From Squalus acanthias (taxonomy: Eukaryota): DNA of 64,000 bases. Location: contig CM059431.1 in assembly GCA_030390025.1 (NCBI GenBank), positions 110,114,001 to 110,178,000 of the forward strand. Reading direction: 5' to 3'. Of this stretch, positions 24,231-37,259 are shown piece by piece. Within the stretch, counting starts at the first letter, position 1. Each line of letters begins with the position of its first letter. The position numbers and the translations under genes are program-made. Below the pieces are notes generated by a model. It ran no database searches and was not told the DNA's origin. It saw nothing but the letters and a program-made list of their open reading frames with translations.

Positions 24231-27200
24231 CCTACCCAACTATTATGGGATCACAAAATAGTCTTTAAATGAAGCAAATACTCTCAAATGTTCAAAGGTT
24301 AAAGTGTAGCTGATAATGTTGCCTACCTCTTAGCTGCATGAACCAAGACTTCTTCCGGGTAAATCCTGCAAAAATCTTTTAATCAATTTTTACTCTATCT
24401 TGTCTGCTGGATAAAATGTGTGCTGGTGTTCCATTCTGTTGCATGTTGCCCCACTAAAGTGTTAAGAAAGTGCTGAACTGTTTGACTGAAGTTACCTCCA
24501 TTGTTAGACTGATCTGCTGCATCACTGCAGAAAACAGCTTCATTCTCTTCAGTTCTGAAAATGAACAAAATAAATGTAGAGAGTGCAGAGAATACAACAT
24601 TTTCCTTTTAGATCTACATATTAACTCCTCCAACCAGGGGGCAGGTCAGTCTCTATATGGAGTTATCTACGCTTATTGTCAATGCTGGGAGTGTGACTCA
24701 ATTCTGTTTTTCATTAAACTGATTCCCAGGCCTTGCCAACATTACACGCATCTCTATTCTGTGGTGCTACGTCTTGGTGTCGGACTGGGGATGTGTATGC
24801 AACAGTTCAAGTAGTAGGAAATCGCGACTGAATCTCACCAATATTTGGTTCAAAGCCAGCAGCTCAAAATTTAAACTATTGGCCAGCTCTTGGATTTCTA
24901 TTTTATTATCTTTAGGGGTAAAAGAGTTGGGAGAGTATTGTCTTTGATCGATTGCATCCTTTGCCATGATACATATATGGTTTTCTAACTTGTTATCTGA
25001 ATTAGCTGCAAGTTCACTTTCTTCAAGGCTGAAAGCCAACAGATTTTAATTAAGAAGAGGAATTGTTAGTTATTTTTGGTGTAATCACTGTTTCCAAGTT
25101 CAAATTATGGTTACATTGAGTGAAAGCTTTACAATATTTGCACAATTAAATACATATGCGTGTTGATGCTACAGCTAATGCTCTTAAATACAACTGTCCC
25201 AGCTTGATTTCAGCTTTCAAAATGGTTGCTGATTCCAGCTAGTTTTGACGTGAACTGACATTGTTTTGCCTATTTACCCCCTGCAGATATTTTAGTGAAC
25301 AATGAAGAAAAGGAAGTGAGGTATCTGAATTTAATGAGGAAGCACAAGTTTTAAATAAATTCCTTTTCATTGGAGTGATATTTGTAAAATTGCATGTTGA
25401 GAGGTTTTAGTCAGAACAATTGCTAAATTGATTGGTTTGTTTGTGATATTTTTTCTCTTTTTTTAATATGCAGTTTATTTTTCAGATTTGACTAAATATT
25501 TTTTTCTGTTTTTCCCCCTTCTCTGCTGTCTTTTGGCTTCTTACTGTTATCTGTTGACATTTCTGTTGAAGTACCTGGCAGTGGGCAATTCGTCCCCTGC
25601 TTATGTTTCACTCATTCTCTCAACATCTCTGGCTCTAATGCTTGTGTTTTGTACATATGGCTAAATGTCAAGAATCCCTACCTGAGTGTAACTTAAGACC
25701 CAGAAAAATACTGCCCCCAAATATGTAAAGTCAACCCAAGAGCAAACAAACAGAATTGGTATGAACCCAGAGGCTAAAATTACTGACTTGGTAGTTGCAC
25801 TATAAATTTACCTGGCCGGGGGGGAGGAGGAGGGGGTGCGCGTTTTGTTTAATTATTTAAGCCCTTCTGTAAACCTGGTTGTTTTTATGTTAAACCACTT
25901 GAGCAAGAATCGGCAATGTTACAGAATTCTAAAAATCTGCACGTTTTTTTAAAAAAAAATTTGAAATAGCATTTTTTTTTCAAGTGGGGAACTGGTGCAG
26001 TGATACTTAGCTGAAATGTGTCACACTACTTTAAGCTGAACATAAATAAAAGATTTTATACATTTTTTAAACCAGCGCTAACAGTTTTAAACTTGCCTGT
26101 TCCTTTCATATGATCTCAATTACTCAGTGCCAGCTAAAGCACGCTGAACTAATAGAACAAGAATAACAAAAGTCTCATTTGATCGTAATCCAAGATGATT
26201 TGGAAGGAATACATGTATTCCAGAAAGGCATGCAGAAAAACTGTAGTCATCAGCAAGTCGTACCACAGGGAGTGGGACTATCCACAGCACCAATACTGTA
26301 AAACTGAAACACTGAACCGTGCTCTTTTTTTTTAGTTCTGGAACAACAAAAGCTGAAGTGCGCACCTGAAAGTAATAGTAATATCTGTGTCATTAACTAA
26401 ATTCTGAAATATCAAAAGCTGAATTCTGGAATATATTTAATTAACATAAATATAAAGAAGAAACATTACCACAAATTCATGGAATCTTTCTCTAAATGGA
26501 GCCAATCATTTACAATTTGAAAGGCCCAATGACATCTGATATAATTCCAGGGTCACGAATAATATTTTGCTTGAAGTACTCTTGAGACTTGTCAGAAATA
26601 AACATCTTTAAAATTGAATGGAGGTAACTTTCAGTTTATTTTCACAATATATTTTTTGTTGCAAAATGATTTGACTTCAAAAGCAACTTGAAAAAACTTT
26701 TTTTTTTTAATCAACTTTTTTAATCTATTGGTTGTAAACAAGAGAATAAATTATCATGGTCAGATTAGGCAGTTCAACAGTCGACTGGATGTAGTTATAA
26801 ACTAAGATCAGTAGAGGCAATTTTCATATTTACCTACAATTCCTGATGGGGTACTGGTCATTTTTCAGAAGTTATGAATAATTGGCCATTTATGTGTCTT
26901 AATAAAAAAGCTGCACCAAAAAAAGTGTTGTAGTTACTAAAAGCTCTTTTTTCACTTGTTCATGTTTCAGGAATATCGAACTTGATAAACGTCATTAAAA
27001 ATAACTAAAGATCAAACGTACATGCCAAAGCATCAGCATTTCACATTAGCGTTTTCGTGGCCTGGTTAATGTTTGCTGCCAAAAGTCAGCACAGACTGGG
27101 CTCTTTGCCCCAGTGCCACTCCTCCAGTCCTGCCACTAGTGCAAGCACTCCTGGCCATGTATAGTATAGACGGGGATTCTTGCAAGAGCAGGGCTTGCAG

Positions 27201-27409
27201 TATGCAGCAGCTGGAATTCTTTGCATTAGCATCAGGGGAGAGTAAGAGAGAAATATATGTTACTGAAGGGTGGGGGGGGGGGGGGAGAATGGTTGGTACT
27301 GAAGATGGAAATGGCTGGCAGTGAAGGGAAGATGGAAGGTGTGTAGAAGCAGAGATTGATGTCTTGGGGAAAAAATTAGAGAAGCTGGAAGTGGTGCTCT
27401 CTGGTGTGC

Positions 27410-27670
27410 AGTAGGAAGGAGAGTGCCAGCATTAACTGACAATTGTGACTGGGAGAGTGCCAGCATTTGCTGGGTGGGGTGGTGGGGGTGAGGGTGAAGA
27501 GAGAGGTGTGCTAACATGAACTGAGTGGGAAAGGATGCCCACTTCAACTGAGGAGTTTGGAGCAGGAAAACAGTGCCAGTTTGAATGGGGTGCAGGCAGA
27601 GAAGAGTGACCAGATGGAAGGGGAGGAGAGTGCCACTATGAACAAGGGGGGGGAGGTTGGACACAGAGAC
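27410..27670. repeat. Degenerate purine-rich minisatellite (GAGAGTGCCAGCAT-like core, ~25-50 bp spacing)
   Basis: About 7 diverged core copies. Confidence 0.55.
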
Positions 27671-27673
27671 AGT

Positions 27674-28468
27674 GGCCCCGATCTTATCTCTGAGGCGGGG
27701 AGACAGCTTAGGGAAATTGTGCGGTTGGAAAACCCAGAAGAGCGGGTTTCTTTCAGGTCCTGCTGAATTTAACGGCAGGACCTGGTTACCATTTTTTGAC
27801 TCCGTTTCCCGGCTGCAGCCAGCCAGTTTGAGAGGCTGGCTGTCGGGCGAGTAGTCCTTCGGCACCAGGCCGCAGCCGGGAGTGGAGTGGAGAGGAGGGG
27901 GGGGATTGGAAAGGGCGGCAGGGGGGGGAGAAAATTGGAGGCCAGAGGAGAGATCAGGGAGAAGATCAGAGGTTAGATCAGAAGGGTCAGGGGGGAGATT
28001 GGAAGGGTCGAAGGGGGAGATCGGAGGCTGGGGTCGGGGAAAGATCGCGGTTTGGAGCAGAGGGGTGATCGGAGGCCAGAGGGGAGATTGGAGGGGGGTC
28101 GGGGCAGTGTCCAATTGCAGGGGGTAAGCAGGTAAACTGAATTCAGCAGGTAAGTGGAAAGGCTTACCTGCTGGATCCAGCAGTCCTCACCTCCCTTTAG
28201 CTGCCTTGGGAATCCTGGCCGGCCAGGGTTAAATCTAAAAGGTGTTAATTCTGAGGCGTGCAGCCTCATTATAATATTTAAATGACCAACCCGCCTCCTG
28301 CGAGCAGGTTGGTTGCCCACCCCCGCCACCGCCCCCCCCCCCCCTGCCACCCGTCCCACCTCCGTTAATACCAGAAGTGGGTGAGTTGAGGTCGGGTTTC
28401 AGATTTTTAACATTTTTACATCCCACCTCGCCCAAACCCACCCGTTTTTGTGTGCTAAAATTCTCCCC
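27674..28468. mobile_element. Harbinger-family MITE with an internal GGAGATCGGAGG-like repeat
   Basis: Ends GGCCCCGATCTT / AAAATTCTCCCC; TSD AGT (27671-27673 and 28469-28471). Confidence 0.8.
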
Positions 28469-28617
28469 AGTGTCTCTGTGAAAGGATGGGAAGTTAACTG
28501 GGGTTCAGCGTTTCTGTGCAGTTGGGCAGAGGGGTGGATGTGGAGTGACTGATGGGGAAGTGAGGATCTGTTGAAAATCCAAATCACTTTATTTTTTACT
28601 TTTTTTTTTAAGATTAA

Positions 28618-28855
28618 AAATCATAGAATCGTAGAAATTTACAACACAGAAGGAGGCCATTCAGCCCATTGTATCTGCGCTGGTCGAAAAAGAGCTATCC
28701 ATCTTAATCCTACTTTCCGGCTCCTGGTCCGTAGCCTTGCAGGTTACGGCATTTCAAGTGCATATCCAAGTACTTTTTAAATGTGATGAGGGTTTCTGCC
28801 TCTACCACCCTTTCAGGCAGTGAGTTCCAGACCCCCACCACCTCTGGGTGAAAAA
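28618..28855 (-). mobile_element. CR1-type LINE 3' fragment
   Basis: AATCATAGAATC tail and GAGTTCCAGACCCCCACCACCTCTGGGTGAAAA (reverse of the CR1 ORF2 end). Confidence 0.75.
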
Positions 28856-30027
28856 TATCTATCAATTGTGAAGTATAACGGTATTTAAGATTAACCAGAA
28901 TGCATAATTTTTAATGTAAACATTTATTTTTTCTGGGGAGCATGTCCCAGACATCCCCCAAAAAGCATCACCAATTTTGGATATTTTACATTTGGATTTC
29001 CCCTTTCACGCTTTCATATACTTATGTTGGTTTCTCAAAGACAAGTGAAAGAATGTTGGGTATACTTGCAGCTTCAGTTACAAAGCCGTACAACTACTTA
29101 TTTTCATCTCAAAAGCTTTTAATCAGGGCTATTCTTGAATTGTCAACTTTTTAATGGTTATGTCAGGGTTTGGGAGCTGTTGCTTGTTTTGTAGAGTGGC
29201 ATGTATGAATAAAATGTACTGATTGTTGCATTCTCTGTATCTCAAATCCAGCAATCTTGACTCCCTGCCAGCCTTTTTATCTACCTAACAAGCTATCACT
29301 TCAAAACAATCAGTAAAATATAACTTCCGGCCTCACACTTTCTCTTTACAATTGAAGGCTGAAGCTAAAATTCCCAGGTACCTATTTGGCAGTGAGATAC
29401 ACATTGACCTCTGCCATTAGGAATTGGTTGTGGGAGAGTTATATGATACTGCAAAATTAAATTGGTAGCTGCATGTGAAAGTTTCAGCTAGCTCTTGATT
29501 TCACGATTTTTGAACAACAGTTTGAGGGCAATTTTCCCAGCCCTGAGGAGGCAGGTTTGGAGGCGGGACAGTTCGTAAAATAGCAAAAAGTGAGTGCGGG
29601 TTCGCAACCCGCCTCCGTGCAACTTTGCCGGAGGCGGGCTTCAGGAGTGCGATTCGGTCCCGCCTTCAAGAGGCGGGATAGGCAGTTAAGACCCTTAACA
29701 AGCGCTTAAGGGCCTCTGTAAACCTATTTTGCCAGGCCTTTGTTATTTCCCCACATTTTTAACGTGTTGCACGGCGCTCCTAAACCATGCCAGCTAATCC
29801 TGGCGGGTTGACAAGTGGCTGGCCTCCTCACAGCTGCAGCTCCACCATAAAATCGGAGCTTTCAACAGGGATCAGTTGGAGGTGGCAGAACTTTTGTTGC
29901 ACAGGTCTTTGAGCACTTTTTCCAGGCCTACTGAAGTCGGAGGTGGTGCAGCTGAAATCTATCAACTTTGGGACCTCCTGGGAAAAACCCTCTCCCCACT
30001 TGGACTGAGTGCTTCCCAAACGGAGGT

Positions 30028-30120
30028 ATAAGAACATAAGAAATAGGAGCAGGAGTAGGCCAATTGGCCCCTCGAGCCTGCTCCGCCATTCAATAAGATC
30101 ATGGCTGATCTGATCCTAAC
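30028..30120 (-). mobile_element. Short CR1 3' tail inserted near the 5' end of the Harbinger transposase
   Basis: TAAGAACATAAGAAATAGGAGCAGGAGTAGGCC...GATCATGGCTGATCT, as at 16300. Confidence 0.85.
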
Positions 30121-30139
30121 CGCCAATCTACTATCACAG

Positions 30140-31410
30140 AACCATCTCCTGAACCTAACAGAATTGGATACACGAAATAGGAGCAGGATCAGGCTACACG
30201 GCCCCTGGGCCCGCTACGCTACCAGCAGCAAGGGAACCATTTATTTCCTTTCATCATGGACCTCAGATTCGGACGAGGAGCAGCCACGGCAGCGGCAGAA
30301 CAGCAGCAGGAGCGCCAACCTCCTGCTCACCCACCTGATGCTGCACAGGGCAGAAGGCACCAGTGCATGGCAGCACGTCGCCGCAGGAGATACCCCCCCT
30401 CTCAGGGTTTACAGACAGAGGATGAGCTTCCTCAACATGAGTGAGCAGCAGTGCCAAAGGAGGCTGAGACTTTCGCGAGAGGTTGTCGGAGACATCTGCG
30501 CATTGCTGCACCAACACCTGGAGCCCAGAGGAGCCGGTGGACACCCCTTACCAGTGGCTGTCAAAGTCACCACCACACTCAACCTTTTTGCTTCAGGCTC
30601 CTTCCAGGGATCATCAGCGGCATCTCCCAGTCGGCCGACCACAGTTGCATCACGCAGTTTACCGATGCCCTCTTCGCAAAGACGCACAATTACATCCACT
30701 TTTCAACTGATGAAGCAAGTATAACCGTGCGTGTGGTTGGATTCGCAAATATAGCAGGCTTGCTAATGGTGCAGGGCGTCATAGACTGCACACATGTGGC
30801 CCTTAGGGCACCCCATCACAACCCAGCTATTTTTGTCAACCGCAAGGGCTTCCACTCCCTCAACGTACAGTTGGTGTGTAACCACAAGAAGGAGATTTTG
30901 CATGTTTGCGCCAAGTACTGTGGCAGTTGCCATGACTCGTTGATCCTGCGGCAGTCTAGTGTGCCTCCGCTCTTCAATCCGCCAAACCAACTTAACGGAT
31001 GGCTACTTGGAGACAAGGGCTACCCACTGAAGACGTGGCTAATGACGCCGATCAAGAGGCCATCGAACGAAGCTGAGGAGCGCTGCAACGCCAGCCACAT
31101 TTCGACCAGGTCCATCATCGAACAAACCATCGGCTTGCTTCAGATGCCTTGACAGATCAGGTGGAGCCCTGCAGTACTCAGCAGCCAGGGTCTCCAGAAT
31201 GGTCGTGGTCTGCTGTGCACTGCACAACATGGCACAGCGTCGTGGCTTGCAGCTTCCTGAGGGCAAGTGGCTCAGTACATAACCTCCTCAGATGAAGAGG
31301 AGGAAGAGGAGAATGATGACCGAGCGGAGGCACATCAACCAGCAGCAGTATGCGAGCACATTGCTGCCCAGAATGCAAGGGATTCACTCATCTTGGCCAG
31401 ATTTGCTTAG
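30140..31410 (+). pseudogene. Harbinger (HARBI1-like, DDE_Tnp_4-type) transposase, frameshifted
   Basis: [95 protein letters not shown]-like end. Split across frames; 5' boundary approximate. Confidence 0.9.
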
Positions 31411-31667
31411 GTTGCCCATTCTAGCATATGTGCTTGGTTCCTTCTTAGCACAAGATAGACAATGGACATGACTCTCTGGCTTCCTCTCACTCTGACCACC
31501 AACCTGACCAAGCAAGTCTCGCTGAGGCCGCAAAGTAGAACTTCCAAAACCAAAATCAGAGGCCATAACTTCAACAGTTTGCCATCACCAGAGTTTAATA
31601 CATTGACAAAGGGATGGCATGTAATTATTAAACACAAAAAAAAACACCCAAGTGACTGCCCGTGTGA

Positions 31668-33660
31668 CTACTTGTGCTTTATCTTCCTCTAACACATGCT
31701 CCTACGTGATGCTTCCCCTGTGGCTTCAGCAGAAGTGGAGGCCCCTTGCTCGCTTTCATGCTGCTCCTGCTTCGACACCTTTGGCGGGCGTCCTCTGGGT
31801 TTGCGAGCCTGTGAGGGCTCGGCAACAGTCTGCTCCTCCTGCGGCTATGCAGGGGCTGAGACGCCTATCTCAGTTGGGTGAGGACTCTGGTGGGGCTCTG
31901 ACCGAGGAAAACACAGTGGCATGGAAGTGTGAGCGCTTGGAGAGGAGCCCCCACTTCTTTGTTCTCTACCACCAACATCCCTCTCATGGGTCAGCCCCAC
32001 CTCAGCGCTAGCAAGTGGCTTGAGAACACCTTGCTGCACATCAGGGGGGGCCATGAGGACCCGTCTCTGCACTGGCAGTTCTACTGCCAAGGACTTCCAT
32101 GATGCTCTGCTGTCTCTGATCAATAGCTGCCCATCACTCCTCCAGAGATGTCAGTCTATTCTGAACATTGACCATGTTTTCAACACTCTGGCGACGTATC
32201 TCCTCCATGGCCGTGGCCATCGTCTGCAGAGAGGCAGCCATCGATACCACGGAGGTAGCCATTGCTTCCAAGGAGGTAGCCAACCTTTCCGAGGAGATGC
32301 GCTCATGCGCCAATGACACCACAAAGGCTCTGCTCATATTCGAGTTGGACTCCTCCATCCTCTCCACACACGCAGTGACCCTGGAGACAAAACCTGCCAG
32401 AGACTCCTGCACCTGTTCCTGGAGTTCCAGCACCGCTCTCCTGGATGGACCCGGAGGCACAGGGTCCACATGCAGCTGAGCAGAGCTAGGACAGTCCTGC
32501 GACCTCCGACGAGGACTCTCCACTGCTGTCCCTGTCTCCAACACCTGCTGATGTTCACTTGTGAGCTGTGATACACCAGATGACAACACTACGTCCCGAA
32601 GGTCCCACCGAGGTGTGCGTATCTGCGCTGGTGCTGGGTGTGCTTACATCTGCTGACACTGCGCCCTCGGAGGTTGCACGTTCCTCTGAGGGGTCTTCCG
32701 CTTCAGGCTCTTCCTCCTGGACAGTGGGGAGGGTGTCTGTCGATAGTCCTGTGGGGGAGTAAAGGAATGAGTTAGAGATGTTACGATAGCGTGGCATGCA
32801 CATGCAATAGCGCAGATGATCAATTGCCATTCTATAAATGTACATCAGCAGCCATTTTAGTGACTCCTGCAATGTAAAAGAGAGAGATGCAAAACTATTC
32901 TGTCACCAGCTTGCTCTGCTGCGCCCGTCTGTCCGTCCCCCACTTCCACCTTCACCTCCGCACCAACAATTTCCAGGGCCGCCTCTTCAGCATGGGTCAA
33001 ATGGGCGAGGGAAGGTGGCCCTCCTCCAGTCTTCGCCCTTTCCCTTTTATTGTGGGCTCTGTTTTCCTGCAATGAGGGAGACAAGTGGAGTTTGAGTGAG
33101 AATGATGGAGTGAGTGTAGAGATTCCAGAGCATAGGTGCTTAGAAGGAGACAAAGGTGGAGTGAGGTTCCATTTCCAAGGGCCCTCCCTGTGTGTTGTTA
33201 GTCGTTGTGAGTGTGAGGCAGCATAGTCGAACAGTGAAGTGATTGTGTTCATAGAGTGAGGGGGATGGTTAAGGCTGCAAGGGTAAAGTGGGATGTGTAG
33301 GAGGAGGTTGACAATGCAGAGTGCTGGTGATGAGAGGAGAAGGGGAGCAGAATGAGGGTCAAGATGGTATACTCACTTTGGCTGATCTTACAAGGTCATT
33401 GAACCTCTTGCAGCACTGCAGCCATGTTCTGCTGCACACCGATCTGGAGGTTACATCCCGTGCCAGCTACACCCAGGCAGCCTTGGTTTGTGTGGGAGGC
33501 TTCTTCCTCCCAGATGAGGGGAAGAGCACCTCCTTGCTAGCTCTTATCCCCTCAACCAAAATACTCAGCGACTCATCTGTGAACCTTGGGGGGAGGCCTT
33601 GGCTCTGGAGTTGGCCACTTCTTCTCAATGCAAAAGTTTCCAAGTTGTGCAGCATCCACA
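31668..33660 (-). pseudogene. Harbinger Myb/SANT-like gene, 3 exons (~33660-33377, 33066-32907, 32748-31668), with stops
   Basis: PPRFTDESLSILVEGIR...WLQCCKRFNDL | ENRAHNKRERAKTGGGPP...; same intron positions as the copy at 5740-7608. Confidence 0.78.
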
Positions 33661-33962
33661 AAACAGCAGTGAAATGAGCCAAGGAAGCAAGCAGCCCCTA
33701 AATGAAGCTGCAAAGTGACGTCAGCAGAGGCGAGTTTCGGTCCCAAAAGAGTAATTGGCCCAGGGGAGCCCACGCGCCCCCGGAATTAATTGGGCAATTC
33801 GGGGAAAATCCAAACTTTTTCCCACCTGACAGTGGAGGCGAGTTCGGCATCCACCCACCCCCAAACCCGCTCCCAACCCACCTCCAAAGGGAAAATCACC
33901 CCCTTTGTTTTCTGGTTTAAGAGCATCTCTAGTTTTTTAATTCTCTTTGAGCACAAAACATA

Positions 33963-34451
33963 GGCCCAGATTTTGCTGTCAAAATAATGGTGAAGCTAAT
34001 GGCGCTTGTCATTATTTATACCCAACTGGTACAGTTAAACTTAAAAATTCGAAAGTTGCTATCCGAGTAGTGCCGCTCCGCCATTAGCTTAGCGAAAATG
34101 GCATCTCGCTGTCCGCCTCACCATTGAAATGCTTTAAATGGGGTGAAGTTGCTGTATTTACACTGTAGATACGAACTAAACTCGCCACAGAAAGTTAAAT
34201 CATTTCAAGTCTAAGTACCCTTTAATGATGTGATAAGTTTTAATACTGTCAATCAACCGCTCTGGCACTGAAAAATAGCTGTTACAAGTGTGGAGACTCA
34301 TTCCTTCAGGTTTTAATTGTTGGAGATTTTAAAGTTTTTTAAAAAATTTACTTTTCCTTTCTCAATTAAATTTTTCTTTCCCTATCTTTATCTCTCTTTC
34401 TGTACCCAATTTGACATTGAATTCACCCATTCTAATTTACACTTCCTTCTC
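33963..34451 (+). mobile_element. Harbinger-type non-autonomous repeat arm (inverted partner at ~37428-37922)
   Basis: Begins GGCCCAGATTTTGCTGT; about 490 bp alignable by eye to the reverse complement of 37428-37922. Confidence 0.75.
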
Positions 34452-34694
34452 GATGGGCCTAGTGGCCTACTCCTGCTCCTAATTCGTATGTTCTCAATCC
34501 TTGTGCTATTAATTTCACAATCCTGGAAAAAAAAATCCCTCCGTGTTCCTAATAGCCTCCAAGTATTAATTGAAAGGCTTTGTAATATAAGTATTGTGTA
34601 CTATACGTATCTTTCTTGTAGCAAAAGTTCTTCGTGATGGAAGGCATTTATCATATTATTTCCCTAACTTTTATACTGGCTATTGTGTTTCGTT

Positions 34695-35410
34695 GGCCAG
34701 TAATTTCTGATAGGAGGCATCCGCACGCAGGAAGCCTCCTATCGGGAAAAAAATCTACGAACTTACCTGAGGGCTCCCGAGGTCCGGATACTTCCGCTCC
34801 TGGGCCTGTCCACAGTCAAAATGCGCAGGGCCCACGTATCCCAGGAGTGCAGGCAGTTCGCAAGCGTCCCTGGGATCACGTGGGCCAGGCCAGCCAATAG
34901 GAGAAGGGAATCTCCCTTCATACTTTTGACAGATAGACCTGTCAAATATATGAATGGAGATCACCCCAAAAACACACTAAAACATTAAATAATTTTTTTT
35001 AAATCATCGCGTTTTTAAATTGATTTAAAATTACATTAAATTAAATATTTTAAACAAAAATTTAATTTTTTGAAAAAAAGTTAGTTTTTTACAGGGCTAA
35101 AAATAAACTTACCTTTTTTTAAAGTATTTTAAAATTATAACAGTGGGGGGGGCGGGGGGGGATTTTTTTTTTCAACTGTTACCGGGCGTAAGATTTCTAA
35201 GGGTTTTCAGCGGGCGGAGGTTCTGCAGAAGCGGAACTCCACCTTGCAGAGGCCCTTCTCTAGGGCAGGGCAGGTCAAAAGCATTCTTGACAGATCGGAA
35301 ATGGCGGTTTTCAGCGCATGCGCTTCGCATGCCTGCAACCGGCATTTCCGATGTCCCTACGGGTGTGTACACAGCCCGTACCCACCCGTAGGCATCGGAA
35401 AATGCGGGAC
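34695..35410. mobile_element. Harbinger-type MITE, same family as 36095-36750
   Basis: Shares blocks GCGCAGGGCCCACGTATCCCAG, GGGATCACGTGGGCCA and CTTGACAGATCGGAAATG; TSD not clean. Confidence 0.75.
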
Positions 35411-36094
35411 AATGTTTTCATTTATTTCCTCATTAATTTACAGGATTTCAAAATAGTTCATAGTAGAAGTATAGTGTTGTCAAATACATGGTGATTAATG
35501 ATAGATGCACTAATGTTCAATGTAAATAGAAGATATAAGGTTTATAGATCCAAATTGGGAATTTACTTTGTATTGTATTCTTTGAGGAAATAGTTGTCCT
35601 AGTCATGCATTCCTGGGATACCTCTCTATTGTTTAACTGTTCAAATTCCAAGCCGTTAATTTAAGTGTTATGGCAGCTAGTTGCATTTCATTTATTCCCT
35701 GCTGAATTAATTATTGATGCACTCAAATTCCTAATGACCTATAAAGTTTTGCATGTGCGTGTTACATCAAGTGCACGTAAACCCAATCTTGTGCAGCTGT
35801 TATGCTATGCTACCTGTCTGAGAAATGTAGTTGTAGAGTGTGAAGCTCAGCCAGCAAGACTGGTGTTACTTTGCAGGCTGTGCCTGGTTATGACTGGTGC
35901 ACTCTGCCAATCGAAAAAGAAATCTGTCCCTATAATTTTTTTTTTAAAGTGTTAAAAGATGCCAGGCAGCAGCTCCATTTTCTTATACACTTGTGTATCC
36001 AGCTAATTCAATTATTTTTGTTCAAGAAAAATTAACCAGTAATTAGAATTATCCAATTTTAAGCTAACTTTTAAAGGGCCCACTTTAAGGTAAT

Positions 36095-36750
36095 GGACCA
36101 GAAATTCCGTTCGCAGGCCTCCCGCGGGCGGAGGGCTGTGATCTGGAAAAATCTGTGCCTGGACCGGAGGGCTCCCGGGAGGCGCAGAGTTCTGTTCCTG
36201 GGCGCCTCCAAACTGCCGGTGCGCAGGGCCCACGTATCCCAGAGGCGCAGGCGGTTCGCAGCGTCCCTGGGATCACGTGGGCCATGGGGAGCCAATCAGA
36301 GAAGGGAATCTCCCTTCATACATTTGACAGGAAGACCTGTCACATATATGAATGGAAATCACCCCCAAAACATAGTAAAACTTGAAAAAAAAAAATTTTA
36401 AATCACATTTTTAAAATGACTTTAAATTACATAAATTAAGTATTTTAAACAAAAAAATTTTTTACTTTTTTCAACTCTTATCCTGGTAAAAGCAGGCCTT
36501 ATGCCTGCTTTTACCAGGCGCAAGAATTGTAAGTGTTTTCTGCGGGCAGAGGGTCTCCAAAAAACGGAACTCTCCCCCCGCAGAGGCGCTGCTCCAGGGC
36601 AGGCGGAGGATCTGTCAAGAGCTTTCTTGACAGATCGGAAATGTCGGTTTCCAGCGCATGCGCAGTGCATGCCTAAAACCGGCATTTCCGTTGGCCCTAC
36701 GGGTGAGTACACCGCGCGTACCCACCCGTAGGGAATGGAATTTCTGCCTC
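36095..36750. mobile_element. Harbinger-type MITE
   Basis: TIRs GGACCAGAAATTCC / GGAATTTCTGCCTC; TSD AAT on both sides. Confidence 0.85.
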
Positions 36751-37259
36751 AATTAATCGCAAAGCAATCAAGTTGAAGACCGAAAAATGTGTTTTACGCC
36801 ATCTTCAGCCAGACGCTGCTTGCCATGTTACACTGCGACAGTGATTTTCCTCCTCACAGTAGCACTTTAAATAACCCTGGTGTCCACCCTAATTGTTTAA
36901 GTTACCATGACGCTGGGAAATTGCCCAGGTAAGGGCGCAGGCATCGGACAGGCGAAATATCCACCCCACAGCGTCTTGGCATTGTCCGTAGTTTATACAC
37001 TATGCTCAACTTTCCCAATTTTCATTATATAGTGAGTTTGACAATTTAGCAAGCCTAGCAAGTTGTGCCAGCGTTCAGTGTCGGGTTTGTTTTTCGAGTG
37101 GTGTGGGCGTTGAAGGCTGGTTGTTGCAGTTGATTAGGTCTAACTACTCCCTTGTGGGCTTCTTTGGATTGCCTTTCTGATTTAATGTTTGAAATAACGT
37201 GTGGGGAAGGTGTTCATCTGTAATTGGCAGCATCTGCTTTTAGTTAGACTTGCCCTTGC

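Larger units (their letters stand above)
29524..33903. mobile_element. PIF/Harbinger DNA transposon with both genes (convergent transposase and Myb/SANT gene), decayed
   Basis: TIRs GAGGGCAATTTTCCC / GGGAAAATCACCCCC; TSD TTT (29521-29523 and 33904-33906); DDE transposase on +, Myb-like gene on -. Confidence 0.9.

Noticed and set aside
27410..27670. Repeat-spacer pattern resembling a CRISPR array
   Set aside because: Repeats are short, degenerate and irregular, spacers are low-complexity, there are no cas genes, and it lies in a vertebrate intron.
27260..28114. 284-aa proline-rich ORF on the minus strand
   Set aside because: Crosses a MITE boundary and a purine-rich minisatellite; stop-poor because of composition, with no domain.
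30101..31152. Intact host HARBI1 gene or active transposase
   Set aside because: The ATG at 30101 lies in an inserted CR1 tail, the coding region is frameshifted, and it sits between TIRs with a TSD.
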